Below are positions 1-11,051 of a DNA stretch of 64,000 bases, piece by piece. The stretch comes from Methanothermococcus sp. Ax23 (GTDB taxonomy: Archaea > AGJL01 > Methanococci > Methanococcales > Methanococcaceae). A program made the position numbers and the translations under genes. Positions within the stretch are counted from its first letter, which is position 1, and each line of letters begins with the position of its first letter. Under the pieces are notes generated by a model. That model ran no database searches. It saw only the letters and a program-made list of their open reading frames with translations, and was not told the DNA's origin. The DNA lies in contig NZ_CP157522.1 of the NCBI RefSeq assembly GCF_049075655.1, positions 1,472,001 to 1,536,000 of the forward strand. Reading direction: 5' to 3'.

Positions 1-110
1 TAAACACCTCAGAGCTCATACGGTTCATCATATGTTATATATTATATATCAGCAAAATTTATTCATCACAGGTGTTTAATGATTATTATTATAATTATAA
101 ATTGTTCCCC

Positions 111-265
111 TTTTGAACAATATAAGGTGATATGATGAAATTCTTAATACTCGATGGATGGTCGAACCAAACCTTTAAAAAAGGTTTGGACGAAAATTCA
201 AAACTCACTTCGTTCGTTTTGAACAATATAAGGTGATATGATGAAATTCTTAATACTCGACGGAT
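111..265 (+). repeat. 49-bp direct duplication (111-159 / 217-265, 1 mismatch) of the RBS, start and first codons of the radical SAM gene, flanking a two-hairpin insert
   Basis: TTTTGAACAATATAAGGTGATATGATGAAATTCTTAATACTCGAYGGAT occurs twice, 106 bp apart; hairpins at 167-189 and 197-223. Confidence 0.9.
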
Positions 266-1815
266 ACACCGATGAACCTGCTGGACTTGGAGTTCCACCA
301 TATATAGGAACATATCCAAGATATGCCGCAGGTGTCATTTATAAATATAACTATGATGTGCATTATATAACTATCGATAGGTTAAGGGAAGAGATTAAAA
401 AAGGATTTGATTTTAACAAATTTGATGTAGTCATAGTAATTTGTGGATTTCACACTCCTGGAAAATACCTGAATGCAAATCCCGCAACATTGAGGGAAAT
501 TGTATCAATTTTATATGATTTTAAAGGATTAAAAATATTAGGGGGTCCTGTTGCAACAAAATTTGGTTCATCGATGGAAGGGGGAAAAATAAAAGACGAA
601 GAAAAGCTCAAATACTTCTTTGATGTCGTGGCTAGTGGAGACCTTGAAATAGTTTTATCTGATTTAATTGAGAATAATTTCAATATTGAAAAAATAAATC
701 CTGAAAAATTAAGAAATTACAATCAAATAAAGGAATTTGCAATTAGAGGAGCAAAAATTGTAAAGCAACATCCTGACTATCCTTACATCATTGCAGAAAT
801 TGAAACATACAGAGGATGTTCAAGAAATACAAGTGGAGGATGTAGCTTTTGCACAGAGCCGAGAAGGTTTGGAAGTCCAAAATACAGAGATGAGAGAGAC
901 ATAATTGAAGAGGTTAAAGAATTGTATTTAAACGGGATAAAATATTATAGAATAGGGCGACAACCATGTATTTTTTCATACAAGGCGAAAGATAGTGAAA
1001 AGGAGGAGCTCCCAAAACCAAATGTTGATGCAGTTGAAAGATTGTTTAAAGGTATATGTAATAATATTAAACCTGAGGTTTTACATATAGACAATGCAAA
1101 TCCTGCTATAATAGCAAGGCATGAAGATGAGAGTAGGGAAATTGCAAAAATACTTGTAAAATACTGCACAGGAGGAAATGTTGCGGCTTTTGGTGTTGAA
1201 AGTTTTGATGAGAAGGTAATTAAAAAGAATAATTTATTAACCACTCCTGATGATGTTTTAAAAGCTGTAAAAATATTAAATGAAATTGGAGGTAGTAGGA
1301 GCTCAACAGGTCTTCCCTATTTACTTCCCGGCATAAACTTATTATTTGGATTAAGGGGGGAAACAAAGGAAACATTCAATATAAATTATGATTATTTAAA
1401 ACAAATATATGATAGCGGATATATGATAAGGAGAATAAATATAAGGCAAGTTGTCCCATTTTTCGGCACAGATATAAGTATAAACGACATTAAAAAAGCA
1501 AAGAAAAGAAAAAAATTGTTTTTAAGCTTTAAGGAAAAAATCAGAAAGGAAATTGACAATCCAATGCTAAAAAGAGTAGTTCCAGAAGGAACTGTATTAA
1601 AAGATGTATTTGTTGAAGTTATGCAAATCAAAGATTTGCAAAATCCTTCGCTATCGCTCAGGATAAAGGAAAAGGAAACTCTTTATTTTGGGCGACAGTT
1701 TGGGAGCTATCCTATATTGGTTGGTATAATAGATAATGAATTAAAACTTAAAAGTTTCGTTGATGTTGAGATAACAGGATATGGTAGAAGGTCTATAACT
1801 GGAAAACCAATTTAA
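238..1815 (+). CDS. Radical SAM protein with B12-binding-like N-terminus and C-terminal TRAM-like domain
   Basis: EIETYRGCSRNTSGGCSFC cysteine motif; C-terminal VDVEITGYGRRSITG; AGGTGA RBS. Confidence 0.8.
   Translation: MMKFLILDGYTDEPAGLGVPPYIGTYPRYAAGVIYKYNYDVHYITIDRLREEIKKGFDFNKFDVVIVICGFHTPGKYLNANPATLREIVSILYDFKGLKILGGPVATKFGSSMEGGKIKDEEKLKYFFDVVASGDLEIVLSDLIENNFNIEKINPEKLRNYNQIKEFAIRGAKIVKQHPDYPYIIAEIETYRGCSRNTSGGCSFCTEPRRFGSPKYRDERDIIEEVKELYLNGIKYYRIGRQPCIFSYKAKDSEKEELPKPNVDAVERLFKGICNNIKPEVLHIDNANPAIIARHEDESREIAKILVKYCTGGNVAAFGVESFDEKVIKKNNLLTTPDDVLKAVKILNEIGGSRSSTGLPYLLPGINLLFGLRGETKETFNINYDYLKQIYDSGYMIRRINIRQVVPFFGTDISINDIKKAKKRKKLFLSFKEKIRKEIDNPMLKRVVPEGTVLKDVFVEVMQIKDLQNPSLSLRIKEKETLYFGRQFGSYPILVGIIDNELKLKSFVDVEITGYGRRSITGKPI
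1621..1665. repeat. Palindromic mini-element in frame in the radical SAM gene
   Basis: TGCAAATC-AAA-GATTTGCA followed by ATCCT-N12-AGGAT; encodes MQIKDLQNPSLSLRI. Confidence 0.65.
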
Positions 1816-2058
1816 TCGGATATTTTAATATTTTTTTATTAATTTTTATTATTTCATTATTATATATTCTGTTTTCTTGTTATATATGATATATCCCTAA
1901 ATGTAGTAATTTAATATAGTTAATTTTTTATACAATTATTAATTAAATGTATTTACAAACATATTATTACCAAAAATTTTATATACCACAATTCAATACT
2001 ATTACTAAGAATATAATTTCCTTGTGTTATTGATTATAACGGAAGTATAATTCCTTCA

Positions 2059-2859
2059 ATGATAATAATCGATGGTGATGATATGAAAAAAAGTCTTCTT
2101 ATAATAGGCATGGGTTTGATAATACTGAGCCTAACAATATCAGGATGCACTGAAAAAGAAAATACTAATGCCTCAATCCATGCCTATGTTGGAGCGGGAA
2201 TGCAACAGCCTATGGATGAAATTGGAAAGGAATTTGAAAAAAAATATAATATAAAGGTTAATTATGACTACGCAGGTAGCGGACCTCTTTATTCAAAAAT
2301 CCTTGCCTCAAATAAGGGAGACATATATATGCCCGGTGCATACTTCTATGTCAGTGAATTGAGTAAAAAAGGGTATATTATTGAATATAGCAATATAACA
2401 AAACATATTCCAGTAATTGTTGTTGAAAAAGGAAATCCAAAAAATATTACTTCACTTGAAGATTTAGGAAAACCTGGGGTAAAATTATCACTTGGTGAAG
2501 AAAACATTGCAATAGGAAGAACATTTAATAAGATATTGACCAAGGCAGAAAAAGATTATCCTGGCATAACTCAAAAAATAAAAAATAACACTGTTGTTAG
2601 AGGAGCTACTGTAAAACAAACACTACTTTATGTAGAGCTCGGTCAAGCTGATGCCGCAGTGGTTTGGAGGGCTGATGCTCTAAGCAGTGATAAAGTGGAA
2701 ATAATACAAATAAATCCAAAATACAACATAATTAAAACTGTCCCAATAGCTATACTAAATACGACTGAAAATAAAGAAAACGCAAAATTATTTTATGATT
2801 TCGTAAATACCGAAGGAAAAGAGATATTCAAAAAATACGGGTTCGAAGTGATAGAATAA
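2059..2859 (+). CDS. modA: Molybdate/tungstate ABC transporter substrate-binding lipoprotein (start probably 2083)
   Basis: Lipobox ISGC; AGSG, GNPKNITSLEDL and GQADAAVVW motifs. Confidence 0.85.
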   Translation: MIIIDGDDMKKSLLIIGMGLIILSLTISGCTEKENTNASIHAYVGAGMQQPMDEIGKEFEKKYNIKVNYDYAGSGPLYSKILASNKGDIYMPGAYFYVSELSKKGYIIEYSNITKHIPVIVVEKGNPKNITSLEDLGKPGVKLSLGEENIAIGRTFNKILTKAEKDYPGITQKIKNNTVVRGATVKQTLLYVELGQADAAVVWRADALSSDKVEIIQINPKYNIIKTVPIAILNTTENKENAKLFYDFVNTEGKEIFKKYGFEVIE

Positions 2860-2918
2860 TAATTGTTAATGGCAACATAAGTGGTAATAATGTAATAATG
2901 TAAAAAATTAGGGATAAC

Positions 2919-3719
2919 ATGAGAACAAATCTATTAAAATTCTTTTCCTTATCTGCTTTATCCATTTTTATTGTGTTAATTCTTTTCATTGTGCTGGCGA
3001 TTGTTGGTAAAGTATCCATAGGAACACTTCAAGAAGCCATATTTTCAAAAGAAATCCAATTTGCCGTAAAACTTAGCTTAATGACTGCATCAATTGCTAC
3101 TTTACTTGGTGTCATAGTAGGAGCTCCTTCTGCCTATGCCCTTGCAAGATACAACTTTAAAGGAAAGGAATTAATCGACAGTTTGATAGACCTGCCGGTG
3201 ATACTTCCACCACTTATATCAGGTTTTGCCCTTCTTGTGTTTTTTGGAAATACATTGATTGGAAGAGTCATAACTGAAAACATAATAAATGTGGTATTTA
3301 GTCCCACAGGAATAATTGTTGCACAGTTCTTTGTTGCAACACCGTTTATTATTAAAACATCAAAGGCAGTATTTGAGGGCATTGATGAGAAATACGAGCA
3401 TATAGCACAGAGTTTAGGAATGACAAAACTTAAAACTTTCTTTAAGGTTGTTCTTCCAATGGCAAAAAATGGTATTCTTGCAGGTATGATTCTTGCATGG
3501 GCAAGGAGTATGGGGGAATTTGGAGCCACACTAATGCTTGCAGGAGCCACAAAGATGAAAACCGAGACACTGCCTATTGCAGTATTTTTAAATATATCCG
3601 TGGGTAAGTTAGAGCTCGCACTATCAGTAGCATTTATATTTCTTGTAGTTGCAGTATTAACTATATTCTCAATAAAAACGATAGTTAAAATAGGCGGTGA
3701 TGATTATGATAAATATTAA
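2919..3719 (+). CDS. modB: Molybdate ABC transporter permease
   Basis: DLPVILPP and WARSMGEFGAT motifs, TM helices. Confidence 0.9.
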   Translation: MRTNLLKFFSLSALSIFIVLILFIVLAIVGKVSIGTLQEAIFSKEIQFAVKLSLMTASIATLLGVIVGAPSAYALARYNFKGKELIDSLIDLPVILPPLISGFALLVFFGNTLIGRVITENIINVVFSPTGIIVAQFFVATPFIIKTSKAVFEGIDEKYEHIAQSLGMTKLKTFFKVVLPMAKNGILAGMILAWARSMGEFGATLMLAGATKMKTETLPIAVFLNISVGKLELALSVAFIFLVVAVLTIFSIKTIVKIGGDDYDKY

Positions 3720-4419
3720 AGAAGAACTTAAAAAGATTGCAGAAGAAAATAATCTGTTGGATGAACCAATTGAGGCACGACCTATAAATGTTCAGTTAGA
3801 TACTGCAAGAATAAGCGACTATCCGCTGTTAAATGGGAAAGAATTTTTATTAAGGGCATTTTTTAAGGGCTGTGTTGGAGATGCCTTTACAGGAGATTTA
3901 AGAGAATTTAAAGGAACTATTGCAGAGGTATTGGAATCAGATTATAATCCACTTGTTGTAGCAACATTAAATGCCGTTATGAAATACTTGGGACATATTG
4001 AAAAAACAGAGCACTGCACAAAAGATGAGCCTGAAATATGTGCAAAAAAACTTTCTGAATATCTATTGAATGAATATGGGAAAGATATAACCGTGGGCAT
4101 AATTGGATACCACCCTGCAATAATTAAGCAGATGGTGGAAACATTTGGAAAGGGCAATGTGATAATTACGGACTTAGATTTTAACAATATAGGAAGAATA
4201 AAATATGGTGCTGTGATATATCACGCAGATATGAACGAATATTTAATAAAAAATTCCGATGTTGTTCTTTCAACAGGAAGCACAACGGCAAATGGAACGA
4301 TATTTGATATTATTGAATTGGCTGAAAAATACAATAAAAGAGTAATATTTTATGGAACAACAGTTGCAGGTATTGCAAAAATGTTGAATCTTGAAAGATT
4401 CTGCGAATGCGGAAAATAA
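3697..4419 (+). CDS. DUF364 / Rossmann-like putative heavy-metal chelation protein
   Basis: SDVVLSTGSTTANGT and FYGTT motifs; lies within the mod operon. Confidence 0.6.
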   Translation: MMIMINIKEELKKIAEENNLLDEPIEARPINVQLDTARISDYPLLNGKEFLLRAFFKGCVGDAFTGDLREFKGTIAEVLESDYNPLVVATLNAVMKYLGHIEKTEHCTKDEPEICAKKLSEYLLNEYGKDITVGIIGYHPAIIKQMVETFGKGNVIITDLDFNNIGRIKYGAVIYHADMNEYLIKNSDVVLSTGSTTANGTIFDIIELAEKYNKRVIFYGTTVAGIAKMLNLERFCECGK

Positions 4420-4518
4420 TTTAAATATAATTTTATTAATTTCCCTTCATTTATTGTTCTATTCTTATTTTATTTATTTTTTCTTTTTCATTGGCTTTAA
4501 TCCAAATCGAGGGATATT

Positions 4519-5568
4519 ATGCTTGAAATTAAAAATTTAAAAAAGAAATTGAATAATTTTACATTGGAAATTAATAATCTTAAAATAGAAAATAATGATT
4601 ACTTTGTATTTCTTGGATTAAGTGGAAGTGGGAAAACTACACTTTTAGAAATAATAGCAGGATTTAGAAAGGCGGATGAGGGGAAATTAATTCTTAACGG
4701 TGAAGATATTACTAAAAAGCCCATCAATGAAAGGAAAATTGTAATGTGCAATGGAAGGTATCTTTTTCCCCATTTAACAGTAAAGGAAAATATAGGATTC
4801 GGCATAATAAAAGAAAAAAACAATAAAAAGATAGAAAAAATTAAAAACATCTGTAAAATATTAAAAATAGAGCATCTATTGAATAGATATCCAAAAAATC
4901 TCAGTATGGGGGAACAACAACGAGTCGCCTTAGCAATGGCACTTGTTCTAGAACCTGAAATAATTCTCCTTGATGAGCCCCTGAGCTCCCTTGATAGATT
5001 GATACATGAAAAATTATTATATGAGCTCCGGGAAATATACAATAATTCAAATATAACATTTATCCATGTCACTCATGATTTTAACGAGGCAATAGCCCTT
5101 GCAAAACACATGGCAATTATAAGAAATGGAAAAATTGAACAGATGGGGACTGTTGATGAAATACTGAAAAAACCGAAGAATAAATTTATAGCAGAATTCA
5201 CAGGGGTGAGGAATTTATTAAATGGAAGCATTAGGGAAGAAAATGGGAAATACATATTCAGCAATGGAAAAATAGATATTCATATAGATTATGAATGTCA
5301 ATGTGGCGGAGCTCTGATAGGAATAAGACCCGAAGACATAATGATAATAAGCCATTGTAAATGTAATTATAGAAACGAAAATATATACTCTGGAAAAATC
5401 GTTGAAATATTTCCTTCCAGTTTATGCACCTATCGAGTAATATTAAATGTTAATGGTTTAAATTTAAATTGTGAAGTGGTTAAGTGCAAAGCTGATAAAA
5501 TGCAACTCAAAAAAGACTCTGATGTAAATTTCTGCATAACTACTGCAATACCTATAAAGGAACTCTGA
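4519..5568 (+). CDS. modC: Molybdate ABC transporter ATPase with C-terminal TOBE domain
   Basis: GLSGSGKT, LSMGEQQRVALA, LLDEP, VTHD. Confidence 0.85.
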   Translation: MLEIKNLKKKLNNFTLEINNLKIENNDYFVFLGLSGSGKTTLLEIIAGFRKADEGKLILNGEDITKKPINERKIVMCNGRYLFPHLTVKENIGFGIIKEKNNKKIEKIKNICKILKIEHLLNRYPKNLSMGEQQRVALAMALVLEPEIILLDEPLSSLDRLIHEKLLYELREIYNNSNITFIHVTHDFNEAIALAKHMAIIRNGKIEQMGTVDEILKKPKNKFIAEFTGVRNLLNGSIREENGKYIFSNGKIDIHIDYECQCGGALIGIRPEDIMIISHCKCNYRNENIYSGKIVEIFPSSLCTYRVILNVNGLNLNCEVVKCKADKMQLKKDSDVNFCITTAIPIKEL

Positions 5569-5599
5569 TTTATTTTTTAGGTCATTAAGTTTGTCATTA

Positions 5600-5919
5600 T
5601 AAATCATTACAAATTTCAACAATCAGCCAAAACACAATGGCGGTAAAAACAGCAACACAACAATTAATTAATAATTAGATACTTACTTACATGGCAATTT
5701 TGGTATTATCCTAATTAACCAATAAGGCAATTCTTCCGTTTTTATATATTACATTATTTACAACAATATTGATGCTATTGTCAATATACCAACCACATAA
5801 GCAAGTATCTCTACTGTTTTGTCCCCCCTGTATGGTCTTTTCAAATCATTTGAGAACTCTTCAATTTCTTTCAATCTTTCATCATTTTTCACTGGGTGTA
5901 TGTTTAATTTTACGTTCAT
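5600..5919 (-). pseudogene. Small or decayed membrane protein ORF (53 codons to stop at 5758, hydrophobic remnants continue)
   Basis: AGGTGA RBS; MNVKLNIHPVKNDERLKEIEEF...VEILAYVVGILTIASILL*; further hydrophobic stretches interrupted by stops. Confidence 0.4.
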
Positions 5920-6114
5920 AATATCACCTTTTTTTAATTTATTTATTTCTCCTTGATTATAGTAGTGTAAAAACTAATATATATACTTTTTTGCTCATGA
6001 TAAATCATGACAATTGTTTTTAATGAAAAATAATGACAAATAGGGCTTTTTTAATATAATGATTAATCATGATAAATTGAAATAATATATAAATAATGTG
6101 AAAATAATAAATGG

Positions 6115-6837
6115 ATGAATGGTGATAATATGTTCAGCATAAAAATGAGGGCGTCAAAAAAGGGAAATCATATATCGGGAGCTGAAACCATTGTGGATGA
6201 TGAAAAATATATAGAGCTCACCACAAATGAATTTATAAAAAGGGCATTATCCCATGAAAACGGAGCTCCGGATTTTATAAATATAAAGATTGAAAGAATC
6301 AATAAAAACGAGATAACATATATCAACCATTTGCCGATAAAAACCATAAACTGCAAAAATAAAGAGGAAGCAAGGGAAATAGCAAAGGACATATTAAAAA
6401 ATGAAGGAATAAACGATGATTTAATAAAAAAGGCATTTAAAATAATTGATAAAGGAGGAATGAGGGGAGCTTCTATTTTAAATTTAAAGGGGGAAAGGTT
6501 AGAACCAGACAAAGAAAGGGGCGTAAGAGTTAAAAACATCTCCACAACAAAGGAATTAAAAGAAAAAATTTTAAAAAACAATATTGGAACAGATAGAACA
6601 GTTGATGCCATAGCAATTGCATCTAAGGTAATAAGTTTAGGTGTGATTGCTGAGCTCTGCACATCGGATAATAAATCATACACCACAGGATATATAGCCA
6701 CAAAGGACGGGTATTTTAGAATTACCAATTTAAAAAGGGGAAATGAAAAGGGCGGAAGGGTATTTTTTGTTAAAAATGATGTAAATATCGATGATTTGAT
6801 TTATAAATTGGAAAATAAACCATATATTGTTAAATAA
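6115..6837 (+). CDS. bioW: 6-carboxyhexanoate-CoA ligase (start probably 6130)
   Basis: MFSIKMRAS...HISGAE; [14 protein letters not shown]; GGRVFFV. Confidence 0.92.
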   Translation: MNGDNMFSIKMRASKKGNHISGAETIVDDEKYIELTTNEFIKRALSHENGAPDFINIKIERINKNEITYINHLPIKTINCKNKEEAREIAKDILKNEGINDDLIKKAFKIIDKGGMRGASILNLKGERLEPDKERGVRVKNISTTKELKEKILKNNIGTDRTVDAIAIASKVISLGVIAELCTSDNKSYTTGYIATKDGYFRITNLKRGNEKGGRVFFVKNDVNIDDLIYKLENKPYIVK

Positions 6838-6849
6838 AAAGGGATTCTT

Positions 6850-7968
6850 ATGTTCAAAAGAGAGCTTCAAAAGGAAATTGAAAATATAAAAAATAACAAT
6901 TTATACAGATTTTTAAGAAAAAAAGACAATACCAATAATATTTTAGATTTCTCTTCAAATGATTATTTATGCCTTTCAAAGCATCCAGAAGTAATAGATG
7001 CCGTAAAGGATGGTTTAAAATACGGATTTGGTTCAACGGGCTCACGACTAACATCAGGAGATATAAATCATCAAATATTGGAGGAAAAGATAGCAGAGTT
7101 TAAGGGAACTGAGGGAGCTCTGGTATATTCCACAGGTTATGCTACAAATGTTGGGGTAATAAGTTCTTTATGTAAAAAGGGAGATTTGATTTTAAGCGAT
7201 AAATTGAACCATGCTTCAATAATAGATGGTTGTAGATTGAGTAAATCGGATGTTCTAATTTATAACCACTGCGATGTAAATCATTTAAGGGATTTGATTG
7301 AAGAAAATGGAAACAATTATAATAATTTATTTATTATTACGGATGGAGTTTTCTCTATGGATGGGGATATTGCCCCATTGGATAAATTAAAAAAGATTGC
7401 CGACGAATACAATGGAATATTAATAATAGATGATGCCCACGGCACAGGGGTTTTAGGGAATGGAAGGGGAACCTTAAAACATTTTAATTTAAAACCATCG
7501 GACAATATAATCCAAATAGGCACATTATCAAAGGCAGTTGGTGGATTGGGGGGTTTTGTATGTGGGATTGAGGAATTAATTGAATATCTTATAAACACAT
7601 CTCGGAGTTTTATATATTCCACATCACTTCCACCTTGTGTGGTGAGTGGATGTATTAAAAGTTTAGAGCTCATGGAAAGAGGGGACTTAACTAAAAAATT
7701 ACAAAAAAACATCAAAACAGCAAATAAGATTTTTAAGGAATACAACTTCATAAAAGAAGATAACCTAACACCCATTTATCCACTTATTTTTAAAGAAAAA
7801 ACTATGGAAATTTCTGAAAATTTGATAAAGAACAATATCTTTTGTGTTGGGATTAGATATCCAACTGTTCCAAAGGGCTTGGAGAGGTTGAGGGTAAGTA
7901 TAAATATAGGGCATAGTGAGGGGGATTTTGGGGTTTTATGCGAATGTATTAAAAAAGTTTTAAATTAA
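6850..7968 (+). CDS. bioF: 8-amino-7-oxononanoate synthase
   Basis: DFSSNDYL, DKLNHASIIDG, DDAHG and GTLSKA PLP motifs. Confidence 0.95.
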   Translation: MFKRELQKEIENIKNNNLYRFLRKKDNTNNILDFSSNDYLCLSKHPEVIDAVKDGLKYGFGSTGSRLTSGDINHQILEEKIAEFKGTEGALVYSTGYATNVGVISSLCKKGDLILSDKLNHASIIDGCRLSKSDVLIYNHCDVNHLRDLIEENGNNYNNLFIITDGVFSMDGDIAPLDKLKKIADEYNGILIIDDAHGTGVLGNGRGTLKHFNLKPSDNIIQIGTLSKAVGGLGGFVCGIEELIEYLINTSRSFIYSTSLPPCVVSGCIKSLELMERGDLTKKLQKNIKTANKIFKEYNFIKEDNLTPIYPLIFKEKTMEISENLIKNNIFCVGIRYPTVPKGLERLRVSINIGHSEGDFGVLCECIKKVLN

Positions 7969-8153
7969 AATTTTTTTCTTCTTTCCATGCTTCTTCCCTT
8001 GCTTTTTCAAAGTCCTTTAAATCATCTTTTGTTAAATCCAATTCTTTAACTAATTTTTCTAATAATATTTTTTTCAATAATCGTTCCCTTTTTTGTAATT
8101 GTTTTAATATCTTCAATTGAAAGATTTTTAATATTTTCAGTTTCAATTGGCAT
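7949..8153 (-). pseudogene. Frameshifted small antitoxin-like protein
   Basis: ATG at 8153 with GGTG RBS (MPIETENIKNLSIEDIK); needs a one-base shift to continue as QLQKRERLLKK...FEKAREEAWKE. Confidence 0.4.
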
Positions 8154-8344
8154 AATTCCACCGAAATTTTAATATAATTATTTTTTATTAAACATTGGTA
8201 TTAATGTAAATATATAAATATATGTTATAGCGAGGGGATTTTAGGTTTTGTGAGAAAATAAATTTAAATAATAATGTATAAAAAATAATATTTATTCTCA
8301 AAATTTGGGGTGGTAATATAGTATTTAATTTTATTAAAAGTATT

Positions 8345-11005
8345 TTGGAAAGATACGGGTTTTTTAGAATTTTTTTAGGACTATTGGGAGCATTATTTTT
8401 TATATTAACAATATATGGATTAGATGTATTGAATATAGTAAATCAATTGGTGGGAATTATATTGAAGTATTGGGATGAAATATCAAGATTATGCATTGGT
8501 TTTTTAACCATTGCAATTATACTCAATTATTTAAAATCAGTTAATACAATATTTAATAGTAGAGCTCATCTAAAGAATATGGATACAATAAAATCTTCTG
8601 AAGATGTGAGCGATAAATTAGATAAATTAGACTATAAATATAGATACTCAACATCAATTTACTGTTTTCTCAATGTTTTTTTATATGTATTATTTTATTC
8701 GATGAATTTACCAATTTCTAATTATATTATGTTATTCTTAATTAGTATATCGGTGATATTTCTAGTATTTCTACTACCGAGGTTTGGATTTTATAAATAT
8801 GTTAAAATCTCTAAACTTATTTCCTTTTTAGTTTTTATAGGGATTGCAGGAGTTTTAATAAAATATTCTCAATATTTATTCGCATCTGATATTTTACTAG
8901 CTTTTTGTTATCTTGGAGGTTTGGTTATAGCAATTGCATATTATTGGAATAATTTAATTTATGAGTCCGGTAAATTTCATTGTGTTATTCAATTCCTATT
9001 AAGAATGTTTAATAATATATATTATTTTAATCCATTTAAAGATTATGTTATTGAAAACTACAACCATTGTAAAGATGAAGATATAGAAGTAAATGATAAA
9101 ACGGATTGTTTTGGAACATTAAATAAAATAAATATGATTGAAGAAGGATTTAAAAATAAAATTCTACATAATCATAAAATTATAGCATTATATGGAAATT
9201 GGGGTAGTGGTAAAAGTAGTATAATTAGAACATTAATCGAAAAATTTGATGAATCTCGAAATTTTGATGAAAATGCTGAAATTAAAAGATTATGGGAATC
9301 GTTTAAAGATTTTATTCATATATTTAGACCTTCAATAGAAAAACATGAATCTATCTTGTGCATTAAATTTGACGCTTGGGAATATGAAAATGAAGAAAAT
9401 ATATCTTATGCCTTATTGTGCCATATCGTTAATGAATTGGAAAAAAATGCAGACGTTAAGTTTGGAATTAGAGCTATAAAAAATGAAGTTTTAAAATCGG
9501 GTGCAGTAGTTTTAAAATCTGTTGGTGTTAGTGTAGAACATTTTAATTTTAATTTTAATTTTGAATGCGATAGCGAAGAAAAATATAAGGAAGTAGAAAA
9601 TTTAAAAAATGGGCTTAATAAAATTTCTGAGATACTTAGCGAAAATAATAAACGGCTTATAGTTTTTATTGATGAGCTCGACAGATGCGAAAGGGAGAAT
9701 ATTTTAAAATTTTTATCATCTCTTAAATTATTTTTTACCAGTGGAGGTAATATAAATTACATTTGTGCAGTGGATAAAGAAGCAGTAGCAGAAGCACTTG
9801 AACATAAATACAACGATGGAAAAAAAGCGGAGGAATATTTGGAAAAAATTTTTAATTTTTCATTTAACATGCCTAAAAAATTTAATAATGTGGAGAAATT
9901 TATTAGACAATATGAATATTTTAATAATGATGAAATTGCTGAAAAACTTGCAAAATTCTTTGAAGCAATTAATTTTACAATCCCAAGGCATTTAAAGAAG
10001 GTTTTAAATAAATACAATTATTTAGTTAAAATCAAAACATCAAACAAAATAGATAAGGATTTAAAAAATTTAATTCCTGATATAATAAGATATCCTCACA
10101 TGATGCAAATATCTAAAATAACACTTTCAGAATATCATTATTATATTAAAAAAAATAAACAATTATATAATGAGTATATATTTGATACAATTTTTGTTTT
10201 ATATTTTATAATTATTTATGAATTTTATTATAAAAAATATTTGGAAATAAGTAATATTGATGATAAATTAAATAATTATGCACAATATTTTAAAAACATT
10301 GGATGGGATGAATTAAATAATAGCAATCTTCATAATAAACCACAAAAAGCAATTATAGAACAAATATTAAAAAAATATATAGATAGTAATGAATTTAATA
10401 AATCTTTTTACAATTTGTTTGAAAAATATGATGCATTTAAACCATATAATAATGAGGAATTTGTGTTTAATCTATACGATGAAAATAAAACATACAATGA
10501 ACTTGAAAAATTATGGTATAAAAATAAAGAACTACTAAAATTAATAAATATATTTACGCCAATGATTAATAATAAAAAAGGTGAATATGGTATTTATGAT
10601 ATATCATTAAAAAAAATAATTCCACCAATTGATAACTGGGAGTATGTGGATGATGAATTTTTAGAATCTCCTGATTATATAAGTAATTTTACTATTGATA
10701 GTAGTATGCAGTCATATCGTTATAAATGTATATCAGATTTCGATGCATATTCATATAATATGGATGATATGAAAGAAACAGAAATCAACAGTATGGTATA
10801 TGATATGAGCAAAGATGCAATAATTTCAAATCTAAATAAATATATTGAACAATTTGAATACAAAAACAATGAAATTCTTATAGATTTTTGTAAATATTTA
10901 ATATCTAATGAATTCTTTGAAATAATTGAAAAAGAAAAAAGAACATATAAAAACGATAATTATAACTTTAAAACATTATTTGAGATGGTGGAAACACTAC
11001 TTTAA
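8345..11005 (+). CDS. KAP-family P-loop NTPase with multi-TM N-terminus
   Basis: GNWGSGKS Walker A, KFDAW, VFIDELDRC Walker B, YLEKIF; about 6 hydrophobic segments; very AT-rich. Confidence 0.85.
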   Translation: MERYGFFRIFLGLLGALFFILTIYGLDVLNIVNQLVGIILKYWDEISRLCIGFLTIAIILNYLKSVNTIFNSRAHLKNMDTIKSSEDVSDKLDKLDYKYRYSTSIYCFLNVFLYVLFYSMNLPISNYIMLFLISISVIFLVFLLPRFGFYKYVKISKLISFLVFIGIAGVLIKYSQYLFASDILLAFCYLGGLVIAIAYYWNNLIYESGKFHCVIQFLLRMFNNIYYFNPFKDYVIENYNHCKDEDIEVNDKTDCFGTLNKINMIEEGFKNKILHNHKIIALYGNWGSGKSSIIRTLIEKFDESRNFDENAEIKRLWESFKDFIHIFRPSIEKHESILCIKFDAWEYENEENISYALLCHIVNELEKNADVKFGIRAIKNEVLKSGAVVLKSVGVSVEHFNFNFNFECDSEEKYKEVENLKNGLNKISEILSENNKRLIVFIDELDRCERENILKFLSSLKLFFTSGGNINYICAVDKEAVAEALEHKYNDGKKAEEYLEKIFNFSFNMPKKFNNVEKFIRQYEYFNNDEIAEKLAKFFEAINFTIPRHLKKVLNKYNYLVKIKTSNKIDKDLKNLIPDIIRYPHMMQISKITLSEYHYYIKKNKQLYNEYIFDTIFVLYFIIIYEFYYKKYLEISNIDDKLNNYAQYFKNIGWDELNNSNLHNKPQKAIIEQILKKYIDSNEFNKSFYNLFEKYDAFKPYNNEEFVFNLYDENKTYNELEKLWYKNKELLKLINIFTPMINNKKGEYGIYDISLKKIIPPIDNWEYVDDEFLESPDYISNFTIDSSMQSYRYKCISDFDAYSYNMDDMKETEINSMVYDMSKDAIISNLNKYIEQFEYKNNEILIDFCKYLISNEFFEIIEKEKRTYKNDNYNFKTLFEMVETLL

Positions 11006-11051
11006 TTTTTAAAAAATTACCATAAGGTAAATATAAATATTCGGCGATAGT

